Shown: piece after piece, positions 26,640-39,376 of the stretch
Layout of the letters: each line of letters starts with the position of its first letter
Numbering within the stretch: the stretch's first letter is position 1
Assembly (NCBI GenBank): GCA_002104905.1
Contig: MCFE01000134.1
Location: forward strand, 62,001-126,000
Length of the DNA: 64,000 nt
Direction of reading: 5' to 3'
Origin: Basidiobolus meristosporus CBS 931.73
Taxonomy: Eukaryota; Fungi; Basidiobolomycota
The notes under the pieces: generated by a model
What the model was told of the DNA's origin: nothing
The model's input: the letters and a program-made list of their open reading frames with translations, nothing else
The model's database searches: none
Position numbers and translations under genes: made by a program

Positions 26640-28815
26640 GATGTAATGTTGTGGCTAGAGAAGTGGTGTGTTTCCACTAATATCAGTAATGGGGGCTTTG
26701 AGGATTTACTATTACTTCTTGCAAAATCATGCTGGGATGCAACTTATCATAAACATGGTATAAGTGGACAACCATCATGCAGCTGGCAACATATGACCCA
26801 TGGACTGTCCTAATTCCTGCATGTGTTAACATTTGCATGGCATTCACATCCAAAAATGTCACCTTTGCAACATGTTCAAATTGTTGAGAATCTACCACCA
26901 TTGAGGGATAACATTGTTCACACCCTGGATATATTTTGGTAATACCCCATCTAAAAAAGCTCATGCAATCCAACCAGTAATGCAATGCTGCTAAATACTG
27001 CACTTAGAATTAATCAAGCTCAAACATATCATATATATTTGATGGCAAACATTAAAAACAGCTAAGAAGCAAGAGCTACTTTGAAGGAACATATGCCCAT
27101 GCCTTTGCTTTATCAATTGATGGATTCTCATTAAATCTGTGTTCTACCAGCAAATCCTGCTGGCCACTGAATCTCATCAATCTAAATCTGCTGCTTATCT
27201 TACAGTATCAAAGCAAAAATCTGATGGTAGCTCACAGGTATCTGAGCCTAAAGCACTGTGCAACCTGGATACCTGAATCCATTGCTGAATGAATTTTGTA
27301 TGCTTTCCATCAGGATAACAGTGAATGGCCATCATGTCAGAGTGCATATTATAGTTTACATTGGAGACACCCCAGCCATTGGCAAGAAAGGTGGCTTTTC
27401 TGGGCACAATGGATGGTATTGCTGTCAAATCTGTAAGATTCAGGAAATTTACCCCATAACTCACAAACATCATTATTACCAAGACACCAACTCTGAGAAC
27501 ATCATCTTCCCACAGAGAGAATATACAGAAGTCAGTATGCAATTGCAGCAAATTTGGCAGGATATAAGTCATTGGTCATAATATGGATTCAATTGGAAAC
27601 CAGTGATACCTAAGATAGAGGGTATCTGTTGGAGCAAAAGCTTTCCACTGGGAGCAATGTAGTTGCTTTTCAGCAATATCCCTATACTGATGACTAAGTT
27701 GTACATTGGGCATTTCAAGCTAAATGCACCCTTTGAGATACCAGAGAAATTTGAAAGAACTGGCAAGATATTACATAGTATACACTACCCTAAGTACTTC
27801 TCATGGGCTCCAATCAATATTCATACGCATATATGACAATACAAATGTAATGACAAGATGAGCTGGATATTTATTTAGTCAAGTGGCATCCTGAAGCCAT
27901 TCCTACCAAGAGTACCTTGGAAGTATTGGGAGTCATATGTGGATATTGTAGCAATGTTATCTATAAGTGGATCACCAATGCCAACTTGACACATCTACAG
28001 CTGTTGTGCAAGGAGTTTGTAATGGGATTTGAGCAGCTATACTACAAGCATAAAGCTAAACGCATTAATCTCTGCTACTGTTGTATCAATTCTATTATCC
28101 ATCTTACTTGGTGTGTGGAGAATATCAGGCCTGGCTTCATATTTTGGGAGTATCATATGGAGCAGATGTGTGGGGAGATAGGAAGGCTAGTCAAGTCTCA
28201 GGTACTACCATATCTCAATCTCCTTAAGAATATTACCTTAAGTCCATGATAGATGTGATGAGTTGGTGTATGGAGGACAGCCACAATGAATTGTAAGATA
28301 CTGAAGACAGATGTGCACATGGAGACACCAATGCCTATGGAATTATGAAGCTAAGCAGTCCTAATGCATGAGTAATCAGTTAAGTAATGCAAAGTTGGGT
28401 TGGGTACAACAAGTAACTAATATATATTAGGAAAGCTCTACCAAAGTATGCAAGAATTCTCCTGGTCACAAGCCATCTTCTTCACCATTCAATACAGAAT
28501 TCACACAAACAAGAGCCAGAGCACACCTATAGGGGCGACTAGAGTTCAGCAGGAAGAAGGAATATATTGGCTAAATACCAAAATGTTCTTTGCAGATATT
28601 CTGGAGGCACTCATGGCAGTAGTAGCAGCAACCAATCATATGTTTGCAAGATGTATATGTTACCAGCAGTACAAGGTAACTGGCAACTTCTCAAGTATCA
28701 CACAATAAGCCACAAAGCTGAGGTGACAGCAGTAAGTCAACTGCAGCAGGTGTGTGCGTGTGTAGAGGCTAGTAAGCATGAGACCATCTTATTTTTTGAT
28801 TCATACCATATGTAG
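26640..28815 (+). pseudogene. Transposase_21/Tnp2-like (CMC) transposase remnant
   Basis: ACVNICMAF...CSNC, SCWPLNLINLNL, GDTPAIGKKGGFSGHNGWYCCQIC, and IHLTWCVENIRPGFIFWEYHMEQMCGEIGRLVKSQVLPYLNL (DUF4218-like); broken by stops. Confidence 0.85.
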
Positions 28816-29674
28816 AATACCCAATGTAGTAGTAGGTCAGCAAATAAAGAAGGGTGATTCTACAGTGAATACATGAATAGCACAAGGGGAGGTAGAAAAA
28901 GGAAATAACATTTGGTCAATTGGTATGGTAGCATGATATTATGATGGTTTTCACATGGCACCCTGATAGCTGATCTGGATTGTATCCACCTGCAGGACCA
29001 AATTATTTTTCATGGGGTCATAGTGCCAGATGGTACTAGCGGACCAAGATAGTGCCATGCATTTTTGGGACTTGTTGCAACCTGCAGGAGCTATATTCAG
29101 AGCACTATGCAAATGGAGCACCAGATAAATATCTACAGTCCTTCTCTGCTCATGCACATCCTGCACAATATTGATTCCAAAAAGAGGTTAAAAACTGATT
29201 TTCTCAAGCACAATGGGAGAAACACAGAAGCTGCTTTGCATGAAGTTGAAGAACAATGTTTTGCACTCTGTGGCCAAGTATAGGTCACTTGGCCTCCCTG
29301 GCACACTATAGCATCACTTGGCACTCATGGCCCAATCTGGCACAATCCAATGGAACAGGTCTATTTACCCAGAAGGTACTATCCCAAAGAATGTCAAGAT
29401 GGAGTTATACATTCAGCAATTTGTTTTGGAGATTGTCTAAAGACTAGAACAAGTTGCACAACTCAACTTTGTGCATGAATCACACTGACCTAGCTTAATA
29501 CAATAGTACTTGGAGTACCAAGTCATTCCTAATGAGGTGGATGAAGGGATCATGAAGTTAATCCAGGATGAAGCCAGCAAGTTTGTTGTACATGATGAAA
29601 CAATCTACAAATTGCTGATGAAAGACCTATTGCCTAGTGCACTTATGTGGCTTGCCCAGATTTAAAACATGAGC

Positions 29675-31325
29675 TGTGGTGATGGAAAATATTCCATTAC
29701 TACAATATCTCAAAAGCAACATTGCGCTCATTCTTTATTTTGCTTTTTGCTATTCTAATACACAAGTGAAAGATCAAGAAATACCAACTTTGAAGAACAA
29801 ATACTCCAGACCCTAACATGTAATCAACCCAGGAATATTATGTCAAACAGAACATGCAGTAGCTAACACATGTTTTAAATTACAGCTCATTTGAAGCAGT
29901 ACTTAAGGAGTTATGACCAAAAGAGTCCAATACTGTATATACTAGGCCACTGTTGCTAGGATTACTATGGTGACTTTGATTGCATGAAGCTTTTGAACCA
30001 GCCAATCAGATCACATGAAACTTTCACAGGTGCTGCGCCTAAGTCCAATCTGTGTTGTGGTGGTGTAGAGGTACTCCTGGGAGAAGCTACACAACTCAAG
30101 GTGTCTGAGGTGTCTGAAGGGTGTAATAACCTCTGTGTCTAAACTGCTGGTGTCTTTGCCAATATGTCACTACGGTAAAAGCTCCTGCTTCTCTAGCTTC
30201 CTAGGTGCTCCAAGTGTCTCCAAAGGCCTCTGTGTGTCTTGTGCACTACCCTGAAAAGCTCCTTGATTGCAGGTCTGAGATGTACTGTTGAATGCAGGTA
30301 CAGTGATCAACTGCTAATCAATAAGGAAGGAGTGTTACTGATAGAAGGGATGATTTATTGGTGAGAGATTGCTTTCCCTTAAATACTGTTCCTGATTGCC
30401 AAGTGATCACTAATGACAAGGTTCTAGAAGATTCTAGGTATCAGTGGAATTCTTGATGACATCACTATGAGCTAAAAATATGCCAAGAATGTCCTGGAAG
30501 GTTCTAAAAGGCACAGCACATTCAACCAATCAGGAATCAGTAGTCTGAAACCTGTGCAACATAGAAATACCATATATGGTATTGAAATGGCAGGGATGGT
30601 AACACAAACCTAGGTCATGTGTCATGGGTACTGATGCAGGTACTTGCCTTATGTAGATACATATACTGATCACAAGACTGAATAACATCTGGGATAACTA
30701 ATGCTATAACTAATCAGGGTAAACATCATATGGGGATAATACTGATAATTTGGGCAAAAGAAGCATGGGATAATACTGATCAGATAAAATATGGATAAGT
30801 ATATCATAATGACTATATGAATAAACTTGTCTGTGGAAGGTATGCTTACCCTACCGCAGCATCACTGCAAAATTTTAGCTTTGCATCATGTGTATTACAT
30901 GTGCAATTGCCCAAAAACTTTGATCCTTCAGAAATTGCACTACAAGGTGTCCCTTTACTCTAAAGTCACCCCTTTAGAGACTTCTACAACACACCCCTTT
31001 AGGTTAAGGGGGAGCTCAGAATTTCCACATTAGGAAATATTCTCTCAGAAAGGAAAGTGACTTTCAAATAAGGAAAAGCTACTATAAAAGTAAATAAGCC
31101 CATTAGTTGACAGAAGGTCAGAACACTGCTGTAGAAGTGACAAACACTGCCTATGGTATATTTTGAGCCTAAGATTGAGGATATAAGTGAAAGTTATATC
31201 TTCTATTGGTATATCAATCTCCAAATAAACTATTTAAGTATTAGCATACTGAAAGTTGTTGTATATTGTTGATCAGTCTCTACATTGTAAAACAAGCCCC
31301 AAACTAATCATAACACAACACAACA
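29675..31325 (-). repeat. Solo ~1.1-kb LTR-like element (copy A, internally deleted, interrupted by LTR800)
   Basis: Reverse-complement homolog of 41230-42325; TG...CA; TSD GAGC on +; splits the Gypsy integrase zinc-finger region. Confidence 0.82.
30056..30858 (-). repeat. Solo LTR800 (803 bp)
   Basis: Homolog of 22853-24019; flanks GTGT/GCAT, both derivable from a GCGT TSD by CpG decay. Confidence 0.82.
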
Positions 31326-33363
31326 GAGCTACTTTGAGAAGCTATTGAAAACATGCCCAAATTGCCCAATCCATCAAGACCAACAACAGAGAACTGCTGA
31401 ACTCTTTCCCCTGAAGCCTATAGGACCATTTAGGAGATAGGGAATTGACCTTAATAGAAGACTGCCACCACCAGGAAATGCAACTGGTGAGTCCTAGTAG
31501 CAGTTTACCATTCCACTAAGTGGCTAGTGGCTAAAGCTGCACCTATAGCCAGTGAACAAGAAGTTGCAAGTTTCATCTATCATATGATCCCAATGAAGTC
31601 TTGATGCCCTGTAGAAAATCCATTTGATTGAGGAGCAAACTTCATGGCAAAGACTTTGGAAGCTTACCTGGGAGTGTAGTAGATCAAACACTTGAAACCT
31701 TGGCATATCAGGCTAGAACTGATGTAGTCACTCAGTGGTATAATGGATTATTTGGAAAAATACTGACCAAGTATGTAAATGAAGCTGTCAGCATATAGAT
31801 TGAATATATAGATCAATTGCTTTTTGACTGCAGAGTTAGAGTGCACTGTTGAAATGCACAACATTCCCCTAAAATTGCCATTTTATTTGCTGTATGGGTG
31901 TGAACCAACTAATTCCAGGAGATCTCACACACCCAAAGCTTACAGATGCCCTGCAAGATGAACTCAGTCAGCAAAATAGCCACCAGCAACTGGAATAAAT
32001 ACATCAAGAGGAGCAGGCCAAAGCATCCCAAAGTGAAGAAATGTTGAAGCAGAGATTGATATTACTATATCACCAGAAGCATTGACAGTTGTGAACTTGC
32101 ATTGCTGAGAAGCAATACTTGGAAGAAGTTTGAGCCACAATGGCTGGAATCACTTAAGATCATGAGTGAGTGTACAATTGCAACTTATGAACTGGTGGAC
32201 AAACAAGGGGATCTGGGAAGATTTAGCTCATAGAGACAGACTCAAGCTTGCAAGACTTGCTGACAACACTTCACCATCAAGATATTGGTATCACAAAGAA
32301 AGAGATTCAGGAGAACCCTCTCAGCTGTAGAAGGGGAGGATGTTGTGATCTACCACTTGAATATTTAAGTAAGGTCAGTTTTTAGTAAAATGCCTAGTTT
32401 TATGGTTAGCCTGTTGGTATATCAGTGTTGTATATCTCAATAGTAGTATTAGTCAGCAGATGAGTTAGCAGATCTTTCCCAGACAGAAATGAATATAGCA
32501 AGTAAGATCTAATTGGGTGATGATAATGTAATCAAATGAGTCATCAGCCACAGTCTGCATATGCAATCAAATAGTTAGCAATTGATCTAGCAAATATTTA
32601 TTAGTAGTTGCTGAAATCTCAATGAAAATCAGTTCAAGTTTTGGTGAATATAATACTAGCAAACTCCCTATTCCTTTACAACTCTTATATCAAGACTTGT
32701 TGCATTTCCATGACTGTGGCAGGATCCAAATGGCTTTGTGCTATTGTTTATTCACTGGTTCCTGTATGTCTTGGTCTTTGGCTAGCATTGCAAGGTCTTG
32801 CACCTCACCTGCTAGCATTTGCAATAAATCCTTGCTACACTCAAGTGCATCCTCTTAAGCCCTGCTCTTGAAGAAGTGTTGCAACCTTTTGCTTTGCCTG
32901 TTAATACTCAGAATTCCACTTCTGGCATGACCATAGTCTTGTAAGCCCTTTGGCATTGTTTCCTTATCTTTCAGTGCAATATTCACTCTGTATATGATGA
33001 AGGACATAGAGGCTGTGGTAGGTATCTAGCCATTCTCTGAAAGCTCATTTACCTCACTGTAGGATAGCTCCACTGGCTGTGCTCCCAACTACCATGGAAT
33101 TACTTTTGTCTAGTTGGTAATTCTTCTTGGCTACAATGAGATTTAGCCTGTTCTGAGCTTAAGGCATTAATTGGGAAAAACTGCTGCTTTGCCTCATGCT
33201 TCCCTGTCTCTGGCTGGGGCAGACATTTCTCCTCTTATCTTTTCCTTTATCACTCTGAGGTTGTTCACTGCTACTTTGTCTGAGTACTCTTGTGTTGGCT
33301 CTACTTTCTTCTTGATTTATGCCGCACAAATGTATATGTTTCCACCTTGTTACTTACCAGCTC

Positions 33364-36300
33364 TGTAGTGGGGTGACAGTGACACCCACTGACAGATGTG
33401 CTCATTCCCTTATTTTCTACTTCCCTATATCCCTACTACACTCATTTTAGTTTTATCCCATTTGTCTTACCCTATCAGTACTATCCCATAAGCCGGTTGA
33501 CTATCACACCTGCTTACCTTATTGCATAAGTTACCCCTCACTTTATGTAAGATTACTAGTTACAAGTGCCTCTATATTAGGCAAGTACTAGCGCCAGTAC
33601 CCGTGACACATGATCAACCCGTGTCACCATCCCTACCATTTCCATACCATATAAGGTATCCCCATGTTACACAGGTTTCAGAATACTGATTCCTGATTGG
33701 TTGGATGTGCTGTGCCTCTTAGAACCTTCCGGCACCTACTTAGAACATTCTTAGGTCATTCTGATGTCATTAAGATTTCTATTGATATCCGGAACCTTCT
33801 GGAACACCATGATTAGTAATCACTTAGCCAGTAAGAAAAGTATATAAGGGAGGCTATCCCTCAACAATAAATCATCATCCCTTTTATCAATATACCAACT
33901 TGTTGATTAGTGTGATCACTGCTACCTGCTGCTACCTGAACTTCCAACCCTAGACCACAGGACACTCCCAGGAAACCACGCTGACAGCCAACTGACCTTG
34001 GAGGCACTACTTGTGAGGAATACTCAGAGTAGGTATCTTTTATTATATTTGATTCTTTCCCAAGTTTGTTCTTGTACAGGCAAAGATACTTTTCTGTCTT
34101 TGTAGCTATTGACCAAAGCTGCATTCTTATCAAGTCCCTGCTGGTGGAGTTTACAGTTGTTTTGACTTTGGAAGCTTTAGTACATTGTCATCTCAAAGGA
34201 CGCTGAACCCAGCACATACTTTTGTTAAGACGCCAACTAAGTTGGGGATTGTAGCTCAATAGTTTTCCCTTGACAAGCTTGTGGCTTTATTCCCCTTCAC
34301 ATTAGATTAGAGACAGAACCCAAGTATTCCTAGCAAGCTTTTGCCAGAGGTTATTGCACCCAGTGAACACCCCACACACAAAACACTTGAGAAGTGTTGG
34401 ACGTATCTCTCCCCTGGACTTATACACCACCACATATTTGGCACCCAACGTGGGGGGTTCATACAAGCTCCCTAGGACCCAACAAGATTTACCTGAAGAT
34501 TTGAGCTGTTATCCACCTATTGAAAAGAGACTACTGATATTACAAAGATTACAACACCAACCTACCTGCCCAACATGAACTCTATGCCATTACCACTCTC
34601 ACATGGAGCCCCACAGTTTGATGGAAAGAATGTGGAAAGCTTCATATTCAAATGGGAGAAGCTCTGCAAGATGTGCAGTCTATCTGAACAAGAAATGGCT
34701 GAAGACTTCCCCTACTACTGCACCAATGATATTACCACTAAGCTTCTCAGACAAGGAGACATTCTCACTGACTGGGCCTTAATGAAGACCTACCTACAGA
34801 CCGAGTATGGTAGACCCCAGATATACTATGGAATTGAAGATCTCAGGCACTTTGGAAGAACTGGACTTTCCAAGCTACCACTTGAAGAGTTCATTCAACA
34901 GTATGAAGATATGGCCAAGCCACTCCTAGAGTCCCAGGCTATAACTGAGTTTACCATGACACTTTACCTTGCACAAGGGCTTCCCCAGGACTTGGCAAGG
35001 AAAGTTGACTTACATGCTGCCAAGGATGACAAGTCTGGCATTCCTTGCTTTGCAGAGATGAAACGTGTTCTCCTAGAAGCAAAGCAAACTTCTACCTTTA
35101 TGAGACTCCTGACATCTAATCTGCCAGACCAGTCAACCAAGGAGCCAAGGAGTGCTGCTTCTGACAATCAGACCTACACTACCGACAGAATTGACCAACT
35201 TGCTGAACAGTTACAAAAGCTAGCCTTCAAGATTAATGGCTCAGCTGAGGTTCCTACTGAAGGACAAAGACCTTTGCCCAGGCACTGCATCTGGTGTGAC
35301 TCTACTCAGCATGCCAGACAAGAATGCTCAGAGCTTAGTCAGCTACTCAGAGAAGGAGCAGTACAGTTTGATGCTGATGGAATGCTTGCTGACAAGGAAG
35401 GAAGAAGGATTCCCACTAATTTCCGAAGAGGAGGGATGAGAGCCTTTTTCCAGAAATCTGACTCAGCAACCAGAAAGATTACTGTTGATGCCCCTATTGG
35501 GACTCATAAAGTGAATCCAAGCAGCTCTGACAACAGACAATATGAAGTTGATGCCTTTGCTACCAAAAGACACCTCCCTGAAGAACCTGCCAAACCCATC
35601 CTTAGAAGACCACAATTTGAAGAACCTGAAGTTGTTATTGACAAGAGGCCTAGTATGCTGCCCACCCAAGATCCATTGCCTCACTTTCAGATGACCTCAA
35701 AGATAGCAAGCTACTCAAGCCCTCAACTGATTACTGAGAAGCTGCTGAAGCAGAACCTCACTTTGTCGGTTGGAGAAATCATGAGTGTATCCCCATCTGT
35801 TAGGAAGACCTTTGATGAGCAGCTTAGAACAAGATGACAAGCTGTTGAACATATGGACACCCATATAATTCACACAAACCATGAAGACCACCAAAAAGAT
35901 GACAACATTACTGAGTATAAGACCTTTTACTCAGTTGCAACTGCTGTGGTGAAAGGATATATATATGATGACCCTGTTGACTGCCATATTGACAGTGGCT
36001 CAGAGATTTGTGTTATGCCGCTAGACTTCTGGAAGACACTTAGAAGCAAGGAGCTACTGCCTGTCGATAGAGATATTGGATGGAACATGACTGATGCAAA
36101 CTCAGGATCTAGTCCACTCTACAGTGTAGTGCACAAGTTCCCTATTGAGGTACAAGGGATCAAGGTCTGGCTTCCCCTCTTCATCTGCCAGAAGGCAAAC
36201 TTTGACCTTCTGCTAGGTAGACCATGGGAAACCAGTACTAAGGCTACAACTACCAACTATTCCGATGGGTCAGTATGGTACACCATACAAGGATCCAATC

Positions 36301-36585
36301 CAGGACTACAATCAACCTTCTGTGGTGTAACACCCAACAATAAGAGGACACATACTGCTTGCCAGAAGACACATCTTGTTATGGAAGAAGATGAAGAGCC
36401 TGACAATATACACCCCAACATTTGGAGCTGCTCATTAGGTATACAGGAGCAAACAGCTATGGTTCAAACAAAATACAAGATAGTAGAACAGAAGATTAGA
36501 CCATCACTTACCCCACTGACTGATGGATCTCGACCTGCTGATTACATTAGACCACCAGAAGAAGCATCAGATGATATACGACTTC
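33364..36585 (+). mobile_element. 3'-truncated Ty3/Gypsy element C: 5' LTR 33364-34434 (1071 bp), PBS, gag-protease
   Basis: TG...CA LTR, PBS and gag/protease ORFs; abrupt switch to CMC second-gene sequence at ~36585. Confidence 0.9.
34439..34455 (+). promoter_or_regulatory. Primer-binding site for tRNA-Lys (TGGCACCCAACGTGGGG)
   Basis: One CpG-type change from the canonical tRNA-Lys(CUU) PBS TGGCGCCCAACGTGGGG; 4 nt downstream of the LTR. Confidence 0.8.
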
Positions 36586-36620
36586 CTTTATCACTGCCAG
36601 GTCTTTCATTGCTACTTTAG
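34575..36620 (+). pseudogene. Gypsy gag (420 aa, CCHC knuckle) plus in-frame aspartic protease region; a single TGA at 35835-35837 separates them
   Basis: APQFDGKNV, CIWCDSTQHARQEC (CX2CX4HX4C), VDCHIDSGSEICVM, FDLLLGRPW; ORFs 34575-35837 and 35853-36620 share a frame. Confidence 0.88.
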
Positions 36621-38309
36621 GCTTGTTAGTTTGTACTGTGCCAGGGTGCAATCTGTAGTTTCTAGAATGATTTGGCATGATATTAAAGCTATCAGTAGGC
36701 AGGATTGCTCTTGGACAATTGTGCACCATTTGGGACAATCTTGCACACTATGACACAATCTGACATAATGAGGTTGACATAGATGATTGCACCAACTTGT
36801 GATGTTTGCATTACCTGTGCAATTGGATACTACTGTTATGGTAGGTAAAATCCGGTATTTGGATTTGTTGCTTTAATGTAAATGGAAATAAATGCCTATC
36901 ACACTACATACTACACTGATACTTTCCATTTTGGCTACTATCACTCCAATTGGATGGCATCTCAGTGGTTAATTGGTCCAAAAGTATCCTGAAGCTGTCA
37001 GCCCCCAATGGGCTCTTTGACTAATACACAAGCTACCTGATTTGCCATCAAATATCCCATTTTGCCCATTGAACAGGAAAATCCTAGATGCTAGTGATTG
37101 GAGAAGGTTTCATAGCTACCACACAACTAATCAAGTAGGTACAAAACAGATCAAATGGCTGCACTGGTGTAACAGATGATGTGTATATATGCAGGGTGTT
37201 CATTTTTTGGAGTTCTGTCTCAAATGTGAGACAACCTTGATATTGCCTATATGAAAAATTTAGTGATCACTGATTTGCAATGGGTTAATTTGGGTTGCAT
37301 AAAAGCAATGAGTTGTTTGGATCATGAAAATAATAGCAATTTATTGCAGTTTCATCACCTTCTCCTAAGTTTTTTTCTCACAAGGATTACTACTGAAGCA
37401 TTTGGTAGTGAATCACTTTACACACCTAAACTACTTCATTGTTGATTATCCTCTTGGCTACATGTGTATTTATAGTTGGTAATTTTGCCTCCTAGTTGAT
37501 GAGAGCAATATTGCAGCTTGGCCATACTTAATTGCGCTGGGTGATGCTACTGAGCTGGCCTGCAGTGCTACATGCTGACACATTCTTTTACTTTCAAAGG
37601 TGCTAGTGGTGGAAGCACTTCAATTGGGTCATCATCAGTCAGTTCACCAGAAGAAATTTGCTGGTGGCCTGGTGTAATGGCACATGCAGGTACAACTTGA
37701 TGTGCTGGCATGATCCTTGGCTAAGCTTGATGCAATGCTGCTTGTTGACGCAACTTGGCCTGCTCCAAGGGACTTGTGACTAAGTGAGCAGTTTGGCAAG
37801 TTCTGGTGGTTTTGCTCTGAAGCACACGTGTTGACTCAACACTTATTGACTCAGTGTGGGGTGCTCTTGTGAGGGGTGTTGGCGTAGTTAGATGGGTGGC
37901 AGATTCAGATTGATGAGAATCACTGGCCAGCAGGATTTGCTGGTAGAGTACTTGTTTAATGAGAATCCATCAAGTGCCAAAGCAAAGGCATGGTCATACA
38001 TACCTTCAAAGTAGCACTTGCTTCATAGCTGTTTGTAATGTTTGCCATCAAATATGTCAGATATGTTTGCGCTTGATTGATACTGAGTGCAGTACTGTAT
38101 AGCTTTGCAATTTTTGTTGGACTGCATCAGCTTCCTCAGAAAGGGTATGACTGGAATATATATGGACTGTGAACAATGTTTTTCCTCAATTGTGGTGGAT
38201 TCCTACAATTTGGACATGTTGCAATGGTAGCATTTTTAGATCTGAATGCCATGCAACTGCTAACACAAGCTGGAATCAGGACAGTCTCTGGATCATATGT
38301 TGCCAGCAG

Positions 38310-39376
38310 TGTGGTGGTGTATAGGTCCAAGGGAGAGATACATCCACCACTTCTCAAGTGTTTTGTGTGTGGGGTGTTTACTGGGTGCAATAACCTCTGG
38401 CAAAAGCTTGCTAGGAATACTTGGGTTCTGTCTCTAATCTAATGTGAAGGGGAATAAAGCCACAAGCTTGTCAAGGGAAAACTATTGAGCTACAATCCCC
38501 AACTTAGTTGGTGTCTTAACAAAAGTATGTGCTGGGCTCAGCCTCCTTTGAGATGACAATGTACCAAAGCTTCCAAAGTCAAAACTGTAAACTCCACCAG
38601 CAGGGACTTGATAAGAATGCAGCTGTGGTCAATAGTTACAAAGACAGAAAAGTATCTTTGCCTGTACAAGAACAAACTTGGGAAAGAATCAAATATAATA
38701 AAAGATACCTACTCTGAGTATTCCTCACAAGTAGTGCCTCCAAGGTCAGTTGGCTGTCAGCGCGGTTTCCTGGGAGTGTCCTGTGGTCTGGGGCTGGAAG
38801 TTCAGGTAGCAGCCGGTAGCAGTGATCACACTAATCAACAAGTTGGGATATTGATAAAAGGGATGATAATTTATTGTTGAGGGATAGCCTCCCTTTTATA
38901 CTTTTCTACTAGCTAAGTGATTATCAATCATGGTGTTCCAGAAGGTTCCAGATATCAATAAAAATCTTAATGACATCATGATGACCTAAGAATGCTCTAA
39001 GTATGTGCCTGAAGGTTTTAAGAGGCACAGCACATCCAAACAATCAGGAATCAGTATTCTGGAACCTGTGTAACATAGGGATACCATATATGGTATGAAA
39101 ATGGTAGGGAAGGTGACACAGGTTGACCATGTGTCATGGGTACTGGCGCAGGTACTTGCCTAATATAGAAGTACTTATAGCTAGTAATCTTACATAAAGT
39201 GAGGGGTAACTTATGCAATAAGGTAAGCAGGTGTGATAGCCAACCAGCTTATGGGATAGTACTGATCAGGTAAGACAAATGGAATAAAACTAAAATAAGT
39301 GTAGTAGAGATAAAGGGAAGTAGAAAATATGGGAATGAGTACATCTGTCAGTGGGTGTCACTGTCACCCCACTACA
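38310..39376 (-). repeat. Solo LTR (1067 bp) of the Gypsy C family inserted in the CMC transposase
   Basis: Reverse complement of 33364-34434 (roughly 90% identical by eye); TSD GCAG; host sequence restored on removal. Confidence 0.92.

Larger units (their letters stand above)
22588..29362 (+). mobile_element. CMC/CACTA(EnSpm)-like DNA transposon with ~195-bp TIRs
   Basis: TIRs 22588-22783 and 29170-29362; 3-bp TSD ATT restores Gypsy aagtatat-att-tac(t/c)cag (cf. ~1292-1310); internal transposase remnant and a divergent second gene. Confidence 0.85.
20100..32704 (+). mobile_element. Old full-span Ty3/Gypsy element B (LTR369 lineage), RT deleted, carrying several nested insertions
   Basis: 5' LTR from 20100, 3' LTR 32341-32704 after PPT AGAAGGGGAGGA, TSD TTTC on both sides; gag remnant (FDGRVNEKLGTWL), protease remnant IVLDSRA at ~21810, RH remnant 22260-22587, integrase remnants 29366-29674 and 31326-32300. 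Confidence 0.88.
19214..33363 (-). mobile_element. Scrambled CMC/CACTA-like remnant (second-gene region 19214-20099 + 32705-33363) hosting Gypsy B
   Basis: Both flanks align to 24030-26050; sequence is continuous across the Gypsy insertion (cf. 24405-24450). Confidence 0.7.

Noticed and set aside
33364-39376. Inverted ~1070-bp repeats as a giant-TIR or DIRS-like element
   Set aside because: The right copy has its own TSD (GCAG) inside a CMC transposase and the left is a 5' LTR with a PBS, so they are independent insertions. No tyrosine recombinase was seen.
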